A stretch of DNA of 64,000 nt from Okamejei kenojei (lineage: Eukaryota): NCBI GenBank assembly GCA_035221665.1, contig CM069152.1, positions 14,198,001 through 14,262,000 of the forward strand, read 5' to 3'. The notes beneath the pieces are model-generated. The model did not search any database and had not been told where the DNA came from. It saw only the letters and a list, made by a program, of their open reading frames with translations. Both the position numbers and the translations under genes were made by a program. Of the stretch, positions 1 to 12,335 are shown one piece after another. Position 1 is the stretch's first letter, and each line of letters opens with the position of its first letter.

Positions 1-840
1 TTTTTCAGAAAATTAACATGGTAACAAACTTTTAAGTTTTCTAAGATATTGGGGTTTTTTTGGAATATTAATATGATGGTATTATACTTTAACTTTTAAG
101 ATTTTTAAGATAGTTTTTTATTTTTAATGACCCATTTTGTGGTTTTTTAGAATAAGTATGAATTTATTTCGGTAACTGACTTTTTGAATAGCATTACGAC
201 TGTTTTAGATTTTATTTTGTAAGATTTTCCTTTTTCAAAATGGAAAAACAATATGGAGCAGTCCTTGTTTTTCACAACTAACATGTATTTTCTAACCATA
301 ATATTAATTTGTTTTGACTACTGAGTGGTAAATATACCTTTCCTCTACTTATGGAGCTGTCACTTAATTTAACTCATCATCATTCCAAAAAAAGTTTATC
401 CAGTCTTTTCTCGATTATAATTTTCCATTCCTGTAATATTCTTTTACATTTTCTCTGCACTCCCTTCAGTGCAATGACTTATTTCCTGTATTTTGGTGAC
501 CAGACTTCATGTAACATTCCAGTCCTTGTCTGATCTGTGTTTTATAGTTTGAGCATAACCTTCAGCAAATGAAGGAGATCTTTCTGTACATCTCTTTAAT
601 CACCTTGTTGACCTACATTGCTAAATTTAAGGGTCAATACTCCCAAGTTCCCTTACAATACTCAATATTCTCCCATTATATATTTCTTGCCCAAGTGTAT
701 TACCACTCATCTCTAGATCAAATTTCCCATATGGCCAAACCATCTATATTATCAAGTCCCCAACTGTTCTCCTTACTGCCAATTTAATATTGCATCACCT
801 TATTTTTTTGTATCATACCTCCTAGTTTTGAGAGTTGCAT

Positions 841-1178
841 GGTGGCACAGCTGGCAGAGCTGCTGCCTCAGTATCAGACCTGGATTCGATCCTCATCTTG
901 GGAGTCGTCTCCCTGTGACTGGGTGAGGGTTCCTCTGGGTACTAATTTTCTCCCACACACAAAAGACATACAGGTGTGTAGGGTACACAAAAGGCTGGAG
1001 AAACTCAGCGGGTGCAGCAGCATCTAAGGAGTGTAGGGTAATAGGTCTCTGTAAATTGCCCAAGTGTACAGGGAGTGGATGTGAAAGGGGAACAAAATAG
1101 GACCAGAGTGAATGAGTGATGAATGGTCAGTATGGACAGTGGGTCAAAAGGCCTGTTTCCATGCTGTGTTTATCAATC
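841..1178 (+). mobile_element. tRNA-derived V-SINE/HE1-like SINE interrupted by a short Penelope-type insert (~986-1030)
   Basis: A-box-like tggcacagctgg and B-box-like gattcgatcc, central ctccctgtgactgggtg...ctcccaca domain, CR1-like tail ggcctgtttccatgctg. Insert is flanked by duplicated gtgtagggta (976-985, 1031-1040). Confidence 0.8.
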
Positions 1179-1998
1179 AATTAATCTAGGCACATCTCAC
1201 TACTCATTTGAAGGGAGCCCTGTGCAATCACACATTGGCTTTCCAATCATGAAACACTGGCTGAACTGTTACCCTTATCGTATCACTGAGCAAAATTTTA
1301 ATCTTGACTGAGAACATTGATGCTGTTTCTCTCTTTCTGCAGATGCTGTCTGGCATGTTTCTGATTTGAATTTAATTTGCCTCTCAGTCTTGAATCCCAT
1401 GGGCTTTTGTGTCAAATGGAACTTTGTCAAAAGTTTTGCTAAAATCCATGTGGACATTAACCTTCCTTGTTACCTGCTCAAAAAAGGCCGTCATACTGGC
1501 TGACGTTTGTGCTGTGCCTTGGAATTGATTCCAAATAACTTACCCTAACCAAATTTGAACTGTAATTACTTGCCTCATTCCTTCTTTTTTTTTTAACAAT
1601 AATACTACATTTGCCCAATCCAGCACCCCAACTCATAAAGTAAGGGAGGGTTGACCATTTGTAACCAATGTTTCCACAATTTCCAACGGTTCTTTTAAGT
1701 CATGGATGCATTTGTTCTGGGCCTAGCACTTTATCCACTTTCAAAAATGTCAACATATCATTACTTTTTATAAGATTTATTCCATCCCATATTTTATACA
1801 TCCACAACTTCACCATCATTCCCCTCTATTGTGAAGATATCTGCATATTATTCATTAAGAACCTTACCTATGCACCCCACCTCTGCACCTTTCAGTTCGC
1901 TATTATAGTCCCACAATTTTTATTGTTACCGTTTTGCACTTTATGCACTTAAAACATCTATGGATTTCCTTAGAGATGCAAGGAACTGCATATGCTGG

Positions 1999-2588
1999 AA
2001 TAGACAAAAGGTGCACGAGTAGGCCATTTGAGCCAGCACCGCCATTCACTGTGATCATCCACAATCAGTATCCCATTCCTGCCTTCTCCCCATATCCCTC
2101 GACTCCACTATCTTTAAGAGCTCTATCTAACTATCTCTTGAAAGCAGCCAGATAATTGGCCTCCACTGTCTTGAGGCAGAGAATTCCACACATTCATAAC
2201 TCTTGAGTGAAAAAGTGTTTCCTCATCTCCTTTCTAAATGGCGTACCCCTTATTCTTAATCTGTGGACCCTGGTTCTGGACTCCCCCAACATCTGGAACA
2301 TGTCTCCTGCCCCTAGCGTGTCCAATCCTTTAATAAACGTATATGTTTCAATAAGATTCCCTCTCATCCTAAATTATGCAAGCCCAGTTGCTTCATTCTA
2401 TCAACATATGACAGTCCCGCCATCCCGGGAATTAACCTTGTGAACCTACACTGCACTCCCTCAATAGCAAGAATGTCCTTCCTCAAATTTGGAGACCAAA
2501 ACTGCACACAATACTCCAGGTGTGTTCTCACTAGGGCCCTGTACAACTGCATAAAGACCTCTTTGCTCCTATACTCAACTCCTCTTGA
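1999..2588 (-). mobile_element. CR1-clade LINE 3' fragment
   Basis: Minus ORF 2364-2552 [43 protein letters not shown] and the same 3' UTR as the copy at 22.6-24.7 kb. Confidence 0.92.
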
Positions 2589-2594
2589 ATCTTG

Positions 2595-2752
2595 AGAAAA
2601 ACAGAGTGCTGGAGGACTTCAGTGGGTCAGACAGCAGCTGGGTCAACATTTTGGGTTGGGACTGAAGAAGTGTCCTGACCGGAAACATCATCTGTCCATT
2701 CGCTCCACAAACGCCACCTGACCTGCTGAGGTCCTCCGCCATTTTGTGTTTT
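2595..2752. mobile_element. Degenerate inverted pair of Penelope-type terminal repeat
   Basis: tgctggaggacttcagtgggtcag...ctgaagaagtgtcctgaccggaaacatc...cctgacctgctgaggtcctccgccattttgtg, similar to the 49.1-49.3 kb palindromic copy. Confidence 0.65.
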
Positions 2753-3224
2753 ACTTAGTAGTATTTTACTTCTGTTTTCATTTGAATTTAATTCTTACAT
2801 TGTTCAGATGCTTTGCTGCATTACATTTTCAGTTTCTGCTATATGCTTCCCTTTTTTGCACTATTTTCCCTTCTGTGCACCATCATTGAGACTATACCCA
2901 CCTTTTTCCTTTGAAGTTCTTGAATCTCCTTTAAAGCCTCAAATTACTCCTTTAAAGCCTCAAACTGCCTTCCCTTCAAATAGCTATTTCCACACCACTC
3001 TTTCTAATCACAAAGACTGTACTTCCCCAAATTTAGAACCTTTAATCTAATTTATCTTAGTCCATAAATATGCTAAATCAATCAGAATTACAATCACCGC
3101 AACAAACACTACTTCCACCTGTCCAGCTTCAGTCACTGAAATTAGAAGTTTCCACCACTCTCCAACCTCTCCCTCTTGTTAAGTAGGCCACAAACTATTC
3201 AGACTAAAATGTTGTCCAGAACAC

Positions 3225-3430
3225 ATTGGTGGTGCATTGCTTGAGTTACTAGTCAATAATCCAAAGACTCGAGTTCAAATCTTACAATGACAGCTGTGAA
3301 ATGTATTATTCCATTATTAATGTAGATTTTAAGTTTAAAGATATACCTATGGTGAGCACTGGATTGCTATAAAATCCCATCTGGCTCATGAATAACCTTC
3401 AGGGAGGAAATTTGCCAATTCTCCCCAGCT
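3225..3430 (+). mobile_element. Old tRNA-derived SINE fragment
   Basis: ggtggtgcattg...gagttcaaatc A/B-box-like head followed by ggattgctataaaatcccatctgg body. Confidence 0.45.
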
Positions 3431-3585
3431 AGAATGTTCTGCAGCTGTTCAGGGATATATTTGAGCCTGGGGACAAGGAAACTGCAAGCCATCCTGTCAA
3501 CCATATCTATGCCTTCCCATTTCTCTAACCGTAGAATTCACAACTTTTTTTTTCTTGACCTTTTTGCTTCTCTCCCTCTCCACAG

Positions 3586-3698
3586 CATTACGATCTTAGC
3601 TCCTGCCGCATGCCCAAAGGAACTGTCTCCCATTGGTATTTGGAACTCCACTCTGGTTAGACGGCAAGATGCCCTCCAGGTTCACAGACTATGTGCCT
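3586..3698 (+). CDS. Candidate internal exon of an unidentified convergent gene
   Basis: Long pyrimidine tract ending ctccacag (3545-3585); 113 nt reading ITILAPAACPKELSPIGIWNSTLVRRQDALQVHRLCA; donor gtatgt at 3699; phase fits the next exon. Confidence 0.5.
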
Positions 3699-4399
3699 GT
3701 ATGTTTAAAGTTCCTTTCTGACTGCACACCATCTATCTGCAGAATTGTGCTCTCCATAAAACATCTAGGCTCTACGGAAGGGCTCAGCTGCTGTTCTCTC
3801 CGACATTCCCCCTGAGCTTATGTGGTCCAGGATTGTGACTGTGATTGTCCAGGATTTGGGGAGCATCCTGAGCTGTCACATTATGCAGGATTTTGGTGCT
3901 GCAAGACTGCCATATTTTTCAGATTATTAGGTGTTATTCCAATGCATACTTAAAGACTTTTAATTTACTTAGTAACAATATAGGACATTACACACGTTTT
4001 TAAAAATTCAGCAAATCTTGTAAATTTAAAAGGAAAATTGATTCCTCGAGGTTTAAAGGGACTTTGAAGGCACAAGGACAGGGAACTCAGTGTTAAAAGT
4101 GCAGGCTTTGGTGTGTTAATGGATGTGTGTAATAACCAGAACCTTGGTGCTCAAAATGAGGTACAGGAAACATCAGCTGGAGAGCCAATGCTAAACCTTC
4201 AGGATTTCCAAGTAATTAGATAGCAGATTGTTGTTTTTATTGTATTTTAATATTCAATTGTTGAATGATACTGACTAATCAGAGGTTATCCCTGGAATGT
4301 ATAACTTCCCAATCTTCACCTCCACCTCCTGCTTTCAACAGCCAGGGTTACTTGCTCTTACTGTGTGACTGTCTCCACTGGACAGCCTTTAATTAAGAA

Positions 4400-4720
4400 A
4401 CTCAATCTTTTTCCTGTGGTGGAGAGTCTGTAACTAGAAGATACATGATTCAAGTAATCGGGGCAAGGTTTAAAGGGTATCTGAGAGGCATTTCAAACAA
4501 AGGGTGGTAGGCATATGGAATGAGCTGCCAGAGGAGTTGGTAGAGGCGAGTACTAGTAAAACATTTAAAATACATTTGGACTGGTATGTGGGCATAGAAG
4601 GTTTAGAGGGTTATGGGCCAACTCAGGAAAACTGGATCAGTGTTGACACCTTTGTCCGCATGAATCAGTTGGACTGAGGGGCCTGTTTCTTTGCTGCACA
4701 ATTACATGAGTCTATGACTT
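4400..4720 (+). mobile_element. CR1-clade LINE 3' end, degraded
   Basis: agggtggtaggcatatggaatgagctgccagaggag...ggcctgtttct...ctatgact, like 17.8-18.06 kb. Confidence 0.8.
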
Positions 4721-4939
4721 AACTGTGGAGCATCCATGCATTGAAGCCACTGCAGCCTCAGTCCTCATCACACCTAGCTGGTTCCAATCCACCTGTAGCC
4801 ACAGAAACAGCAGCAGTCACTTATTTTTCTGAACCTGCAGTGCTATCACTGCTGCACCAAAGGTCCCTCCTTTAATCCCCCACCTAGCCCATTCTTATCT
4901 TCATAATGCCCCTCAATAACAGCCAGTTTCCATATGTAC

Positions 4940-6190
4940 CCTGGTGATATGCAGATTTATTTCACTTCCTCTTTAAGGATCCATGATCTCTAGCCTTCTC
5001 ATCCAATACCCAGGACTGGCTCAAGAGAGATTTCTTCAAGCTAAATTTGGGAAAACTCTAAAGCCTTTGCCTTTAGTTTCTGAATTAAACTCCACTCTCT
5101 AGCCACCGATTCCTTTCTTGTCAGCAATCCGAAACTGAACTATTGTTTGCCCCTTTGTTGCCACTTTTCATCATGAAATTAACTACACCAGGCCTCAAGT
5201 CTTATTTACTCCACTACTACTTTACCCAATTTTATCCCTGCCTTTGATTGTCTGTTAAAATTCTTCACTGTAGCTTCAGTATCTCTAACTACACCATTTA
5301 AATTTCTTGGAAAAACATGGTACTGCGGATTTTGGAATCTGGAGCAAAACTCAGTGCTGGAGGAACTCAACATGCCACGCAACATCTGTGGAGGAATTGG
5401 ACAGATGACGTAGAAACATAGCTGCAGGAGTAGGCCATTCGGCCCTTCATGCCAGCACCGCCATTCAATATGATCATGTCTGATCATCTACAATCAGTAT
5501 CCAGTTATTTTTCCCCCTTGATTCCTTTAGCCCCAAGAGCTAAATGTAACTCTCTTGAAAACATCCAGTCAATTGGCCTCCACTGCCTTCTGTGGATCGG
5601 AACCATTCTTCAGTCAGTTCTCCCCACTGCTCAAGTCCGAAGAGTCGCAACGTGAAATGCCATCTGTTCATTTCCCCCACAAATAATGCCTGACCTGCAG
5701 TTTTTCCAGCACTGTTTTGTTCATTTCAATTTATTCCTGATCAACCTTATTTTGCTTTCTATAAACACGACCATTTTGAGCTTTTGTTCTAACGTACCAT
5801 ATCCTATTCACCCCTCATTGCTGAGCCTGATGGCTTAGAATGGTTCCTGGTTGAGCAACATCTCGATTTCTAAGATACTCGTTTTCCAGTCTCAACCTTC
5901 CCCTGTATGTAACCCTCACCAGTCCACGAATCAATTGCAATATCAGTGATCTCTTTTCCTGCCTGCCTCATCATCCTGCATTCAGAAAGATCATCATTAC
6001 GAGCAATGGTTTGGACTGCACAGGACGTGCTCTGAAATTCTTCTCCTAAACCACTCTATCCCTCTTTCATCCTTTAAGCAGGTTTTAAAACCACACCTCT
6101 TTCACCAAGCTTCCTCATGTCTTCTCAATGACTTCCAGTATCTTGATTTAAGTTCCTACAAAGAGCCAGGGTATTTTGCTGTGTTAAAGG
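4940..6190 (+). mobile_element. Old L2-clade LINE remnant with nested Penelope-type repeat (~5320-5720) and CR1 tail (~5411-5595, minus)
   Basis: Degenerate DNA resembling L2 motifs WxxxNFLxLNxxKT (5016-5060) and LxWLPVxxRxxFK (5835-5880). The CR1 3' UTR ggagtaggccattcggcc is clearly nested. Confidence 0.55.
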
Positions 6191-6269
6191 CACCCCCCCC
6201 CCCCAACCCTCTCTCTAATTTAGCAGAATTCCCACCTCACAGCTGGTTTTCATATCTTGTCATTTACAG

Positions 6270-6319
6270 TGGCTGCTAACATATTGTTCCTAACTCTCCC
6301 AAGTCTGGGCCCGACCATT
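6270..6319 (+). CDS. Candidate 50-nt exon of the unidentified convergent gene
   Basis: Acceptor tcttgtcatttacag, donor gtgagt. Only one of three frames is open (xAANILFLTLPSLGPTI), with phase 1 in and phase 0 out. Confidence 0.55.
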
Positions 6320-6566
6320 GTGAGTTTGGGTTTACAACTCACAGTGTAGGCCTTGCCTACTTCAGATGTTTTTGTTGCATTTTGTGGTATTGCCAGTGGC
6401 TTGTTTTGGGGAAGTAGGCATGGGACTATACCTGTACTTACCCAAACACCATTATACATTTCATAATTGTGCGAAGGGCTTTGGCGCAGATTCTGCATTA
6501 TAGGCAGTGTGAACATACAGGATACCATTGCAGTCAGACCGAGGGATGTGTTTTTATTTTGTTCAG

Positions 6567-6626
6567 CCAAATCCAGAAACTTACATAAAGACTTCTAGCT
6601 TCTCCAAATTTAGCACAAGAAAATGA
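6567..6626 (+). CDS. Candidate terminal coding exon of the unidentified convergent gene
   Basis: Acceptor tttttattttgttcag; phase 0 reads PNPETYIKTSSFSKFSTRK-TGA; other frames stop earlier. Confidence 0.5.
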   Translation, partial: PNPETYIKTSSFSKFSTRK

Positions 6627-7075
6627 AGTCACCTTTGGAAGAATATTCTGTTGAATGAACAGTTTAGTTTATGACACTCCCGTTGAATGCAACCCTCACC
6701 GCGGACCAACATCTGTATTTCATGATAAGTTTATATGATTGAAAACACAAACAACTGTACTTTTGTTACTGTCACAAGAAAGGAACCCCTTTGGACATGC
6801 ACATAGCCCTTAAAATATTAATATTGAATTGTCTGCAGCCCTGGGTTTTTTTTTTGGAGAGTAAAAGCCAATAGATGTAGCACTTTACAGCCTGTGAATG
6901 AGAAGTGCACTCAACAATTTTATAGGAGTATTTACACCATTTCCTGTTTCTATTTCCTTAGTATCCAACATACTTTTCAATAGTAATTCCAAATAATTCT
7001 TATATCTAGGACATCATCTCTGTACTACTTTTCTCCTTGAATTCTCTTCATCTTCTATCTGCCACCACCCTGCAC

Positions 7076-7113
<38 letters not shown>

Positions 7114-7276
7114 TCCATGTAGCTGCTTCTCACCGCTGCCATCCTCTGTAGTTTTCCAGTTCTGCGAAAAGTTTATTCATGTTAGACATTAGTTTTCTCT
7201 CCCACCACTGAGCATTTCTACAATTTTCTGGTTTTATTTGATTTATGACCTATAATATTCTATATTTCAATATTGA

Positions 7277-7528
7277 TGGAAAGGTACAGCATGAAAATAG
7301 GCCTTTTACCTGCCATGTCCACAGTGACCATCGACCATCCATTCACACTAACTCTACATTATTCTACTTTTCATCCCTACAAACCTGCACGTCTTCAGGA
7401 TGTGGGAGCACCGGGAGGAAACCCATGCAGTCGCAGGGAGAACTTGCAAATTCCACATAGACAGCACCCAAGGTCAGGATCAAACCTTTGGCGCTGTGAG
7501 CTCTACCAGCTGCGCCACTGGGTCACGC
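7277..7528 (-). mobile_element. V-SINE/HE1-like SINE
   Basis: ggatgtgggagcaccgggaggaaacccatgcagtcgcagggagaacttgcaaattccacatagacagcacccaaggtcaggatcaaacc is the reverse of the SINE core and head. Confidence 0.8.
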
Positions 7529-7974
7529 AGGCACAGGTGGGGCTTGGTTCAGAAAATGAAGAGTTCAGTGCGCTAAAAACCAAGGAGTGCAGATTTTGCA
7601 AACACCTGCATTAAGCTGGAAGCCTGGATTCCAATCAGCAATTGGTGTTCATTTAGTGTGTAAGTTGAAGCTCATGATTAAGTTATTGAGCTTGACAGCA
7701 GCAATTATTTTGATACCCACCACATCTGGCCCCTTCACTCACCTCCTTCCCTTCCCTTAGCAAAAACAATGTTAATTTGGAAGATTGCAGCAGCTGCCTA
7801 CAGGTTTGACAAACCCAAGATTTGAGCTCTATTGCTCCAAAAACATTTTGCTGAGGATTTTCATAACTGAAAGGGAATGAGTGGTGGTTCGCTAGGCACT
7901 TGATCAAGACCATCAAGAAAGTAATTTGATCTAAAAATAGTTCACTTTGATTGGAACTCATTTCAAGATGGCGA

Positions 7975-8290
7975 CACAAAAAGAGGCCATTCACCTATCA
8001 TGTCAGATTCCAGGGGAGCAATTCCATTAGTCCCATTCACCCTCTTTCGCCAATGCTTATTCTCTCTTACACGTGCCGATCAACTCCCATTCGATTCTTC
8101 TTAACATTAACTCACACTTAGAGGTAATTTACAGATGTCAATTAACCTGCAGGCATGACTTTAGGACGCAGGAGGAAACTGGAGCACTTGGAGGAAATCC
8201 TTGCATTCACAAAGAGAACGTGCATTCAGGAACAGCAACAGAGGTCAGGATCAAACCTGGGTCCCTTGTGCTGTGTGGCAGCAACAAGCT
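7975..8290 (-). mobile_element. V-SINE/HE1-like SINE, older
   Basis: gaggaaactggagcacttggaggaaatcc...gaggtcaggatcaaacctgggtccc. Confidence 0.7.
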
Positions 8291-9804
8291 GCAGTTGCCA
8301 GAATACTGAATTAAATTGAAAATTCAAGAAATACTGAGGTCATGCGAGAGAGAAACAATTAATGTTTCACATGAATGACTAGTCCTTGATCTAAATGTAA
8401 ACTTTCCACATACAATATATGACCTGTGGGATCATTTCCAACTCAAGCATCTTCTTATGAGGGAAAATGTTGTGAATCTATTTAAATAGCAGTATAAAGC
8501 GGTGAAGGCTGTGTAACAGGGATTGGAACATCATGAAGAGGTAACATCTTGTGATTCTATGTAAAATTGTTCTTGGCAGGTGCAGATTGTGGTGAACTAG
8601 CTACCCATTTCATTCCCTCCCTCCCCCACCTACTTTGTCTTCCTGCAGAGTCTCACCTAAATGACTAATTATCCAGTGGTGAATCTGATCAGGAATTGTT
8701 CAGGAAGCAACTTCAATATAGGAAGCCTGGATAATAAATGCCCCCACATGTTGTACCTATGTATTTCCGTAAAGAAAGAGAGAGCACTAAACCAGATCTT
8801 TAAGAGAAAGGAAGAATGCCACTTTGTCTACAGACTTAAAATGAATTTGCAATGTAGCCCAAACTTAAGCCGATGGGAACAAAATTGTTTGGCTGTGTTG
8901 TGTTTGTTCAGATCATGATTGAACATGGACAAAGCATTATAGTTTCTCTCAATGAGAAAAGTGCGCAAGCATAATTGAAACATGGCTCTGAAATGGTGAC
9001 ATTTCACAAAGTCCAAGGATTGTATTTGTTTGGACAATTTTTATATAAAGGTTTAAAACATATTGGAAAAGTTTAGCAGCTTAACCTATAGGTAACACAA
9101 GAACCCTAAAAATATATACAAAGGAATTCTAAAGCATACAAACCACTTAAAACAGCAACTAGTGAAATAAAAAGCAACAAATCAGGTAACCAGATTAAAA
9201 ATATCCCTTCAGAATTTAAATTTCTTCCATTCATTTGTTTCCCCACACAATGAGCTTTAATTTAAAATCACTTTTAGTTGACAACGGGAGATGAATTATT
9301 CCATCAAATTTCTTAAGCCCATCTCCGAGCCCTTTCCAGAGCACACAGCTAACCAATACAGCCTATTTACAAGGTACATTGAAAGACGATGATCCAACTG
9401 CTAAATTTGCTTCTTCGCTTCTTCTTCTTCAAACCTACATAACCATTTATAAAGAAACTAGTGTAATCAAAGTGGCACTGGGTGGGAGTGCATCTGTTGA
9501 ATGAGGCACTGTCTTCATTCTTTAATTGGTAAACTGTACCTCAGTTATACACTTGGTTCAGGCTCCAGGTTTCTTTGTAAAATAACAAGCTAATTCTTTT
9601 GTAAACAGGAGTTCATTGGTCTAATCCCAGAAGGGAAAGGAAGCATCAGAACAGCCCTCTGGCCAGATGAGTTCCTGATACCAAGGTATCACTGCTGCTC
9701 CCAACTAGCACAGACAGGCTTCAATATATGGCCGTCTTTATAATGCATAAAGAATCCTAAACCCTTGAAGTGTTCACTGTCAGTTAAAAAATGCTGTCTT
9801 AGTG

Positions 9805-10200
9805 AAGTAGAGAGATAGCGATAGCAAGGAAAAGTGAAAGTAATTGTGAGAAAAAGTGACAGAGAAAAGGTGAAAGAAAGCAATAGCAAGAAAGAGAAAA
9901 TAATGTGAGAAAGCAACAGCAAGAAAGATAAATTGATGGCAAGAAAGAGAAACTAAGTGAAGTATTGATAACAGGAAAGACTGAGAAGACAGTGAGAAAG
10001 CAATAGGAAGAAAGGCAGTGAGAAAATGGTAGCAAGAAAGAGTGACAGAGCAATAGTGAAAAGTGTCAGATATCAAGGGTGAGGAGGTCATAACGAGAAA
10101 GCAAGTGGGTAATTGATAACAAGAAAGCACGAGAACACAATAGGGAGTGAGATTGCAATAGCGAGAAAGGCAGTAAGAAAATGATAGCGAGAAAGATATC
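9805..10200. repeat. Decayed purine-rich minisatellite in presumed KCTD5 3' UTR
   Basis: Recurring (g/a)atagc(a/g)agaaag and gtgagaaa units, e.g. 9881-9893, 9913-9926, 10029-10040, 10155-10169, 10182-10195. Confidence 0.65.
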
Positions 10201-10330
10201 CAGAGAAAAACCGATGTTTCAAGAAATGTTCATGTCACAGAACTCTTAGGTTGGTCTCTGTTTGAATTTGCATTTCTTCTGACAGTACAATAACTTAAAA
10301 CTCCTTCCATGGCCAAAGTCAATACTGACT

Positions 10331-10360
10331 TCACATCCGCGATCCTCGTTCTTGCAGAAT
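10331..10360 (-). CDS. KCTD5: KCTD5 last coding exon (ILQERGSRM-stop)
   Basis: Acceptor ttttattttcttttacag; ATT CTG CAA GAA CGA GGA TCG CGG ATG TGA. Confidence 0.95.
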   Translation of the reverse strand: MLQERGSRM

Positions 10361-12335
10361 CTGTAAAAGAAAATAAAACAATGATGGCAATCCCAGCTGC
10401 TTACATTACCTTGTCGATGGCCTGCAATATACCACAGTCACCATGGTCAAGCGGAGATACAAGAGACTACGGATACAGGAATCCTCAGCAAAAAACAAAG
10501 TACTCAAGAAGCTCAGTGGATCAGGCAGTATCTCTGGAGGGAAATGGACTGACAGCATTTTAGGATTGGGACCCTTCACGGCTGTCCAATATCCTATCCA
10601 AGATCCACAAAAAGGACTGCCTTGGTGGACTAATCGGTTATACCTGTATTAACCATAGACCGCACGCTGCAAGGCTGAAGCACAGAACTACAGCAAATTC
10701 AACAGGATGGACAGAGACATGACCTCTGAAGATATTGAATCTTAACTGATGTGCCTTAGTCGAGAGGTCATTTTCCAAACACAAGATGGAATTATATATA
10801 CTGTCAAGAGCATCACAATTGTGCTACATTTCCAGTAGATGAATGAAGCAAGATGAATCCTGGACCTGAAGCCAATTGTTGCACAATTACCCTCAGCTCA
10901 GCTAACTCAGATCCAAGGCTGAAGGGCCAGTCTGCCTCTTGTGATTCAATGGACTCCACCTTTGTGTGAACAAAAATAGGGTGCCCCCTTCAGGGAATGG
11001 ACAGTAGTGCACTGACAGCACTGGGAGTAAAGACAGTGAAGTCATGTACAATGGATAGCTCCGTTTATGTCCCTTTCCCAATAGCTCCATATTTCTATAA
11101 ACTACATTTATGGAGTAGATGCCACGCTAGCCCACAACAGTTAAACTAATGTTCCATTCGTCAGTCTTCCTTTTAGGGACCCATAGAGAACATAAGACAA
11201 AGGAAGTGAGTGTAGAGAACCAATCATGGAAGAGTAACATTACCAAGAATGAAAACACATCCTTCTCCTTCAGATTTTTTTCTGGTTCAAGCAAAGCGGG
11301 CTAGGTCAGCATGGTATCAAATTATTCAGGGCAGTCTTGCCTGAAACAGGAGACACTTCCAGATAGAATGTTAAATGCTGTCTTTCTCACGGGAGTTCAT
11401 CCCTCTGAACCCGTCTGTTCATAAGTTTGGATATTTGTCCAAGATGATCAGTAAATACACAAGTGCTCTCTTCCCACCTTTACCATCATCCCTGCCCTCA
11501 ATTTTGATCACCTTTAGACTTGAGAATCCTATCATTTCACCATTCCCCTCCCTCTTTGTTCCTGTAAACGTGAAATCATCCAGAATACTTCACACCACAT
11601 CCTAAACCACACAAAATTTAATGACTAAGCTGTTAGTTCCACAATTCCCTCCATAAAACGTTGCATATTTTTATTTCCTCGGGGCACTGCTTAAACCTAG
11701 CAATGACCAAGCGTTTGGCTCATTTGCCTTATCTACTGAAGCAACCACCTCAAATGTTCTTTGTTAGATTCCTTTGCAGGCCTTGTTTTTTTAAAAAAAA
11801 GATATTCTATAAAGGTTATCTGGATACAGGGTGAACACCATGGAGCAATTAGTAGGTGCTGGAGGATTAACATACTTACTAATTGCAGGTCTAGTCTGAC
11901 AAGTCAGGAACTCTTGGAGATACCGAGAATGTGAACAAATTGACGGATTGGGGTTGGATTTAGACATGTCCTCAGACTGGACATGGAGATAACATGGCAC
12001 CGGCTCTCCTCATTCTCCCTTTCTGCCTCCAGTCTGAAATGTAGATTTCTTCAAACTCCCTCCAATCCGAAACAGAGCCGTGGAGGGAACACATGTTAAA
12101 GCTAACCCTTAGCAAGCATGAATAAATTCAGGCCAGGTTCCGGAGCTGCATTGCAGGGCACAAAGAGGCTGGGCAACATGATGCCGGTAACTGAACATTT
12201 CATCAACATCTAGTGCTCAGTTGGATACACTGGCAACTGAGTACGCGTGGTGCAGACGTTTTACAGAAATCCAGATCAAAGAATGTTTTCCGAAGTTTGA
12301 ACGCTTCAAATATCTCATCCCGCAGCACAGCAGAG

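Noticed and set aside
1-240. Very T-rich, C-poor stretch at the window start
   Set aside because: No motif or periodicity; could be decayed repeat or low-quality sequence.
841-900. tRNA-like A/B boxes here and in other SINE heads
   Set aside because: Followed by SINE body and LINE-derived tail; no full cloverleaf, so not tRNA genes.
7079-7112. 34-nt poly-C run (others near 6192, 35675, 46252, 56382, 57598) as G-quadruplex/i-motif elements
   Set aside because: Homopolymer lengths are unreliable, several lie within repeats, and nothing suggests function.
9000-9530. KCTD5 poly(A) site
   Set aside because: Only variant hexamers (ATTAAA near 9256 and 9521, TATAAA near 9040) are present, so the end cannot be placed from sequence alone.
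9689-10130. Hydrophobic minus-strand ORFs resembling membrane peptides
   Set aside because: By-product of the pyrimidine-rich minisatellite, with near-cognate starts and overlapping frames.
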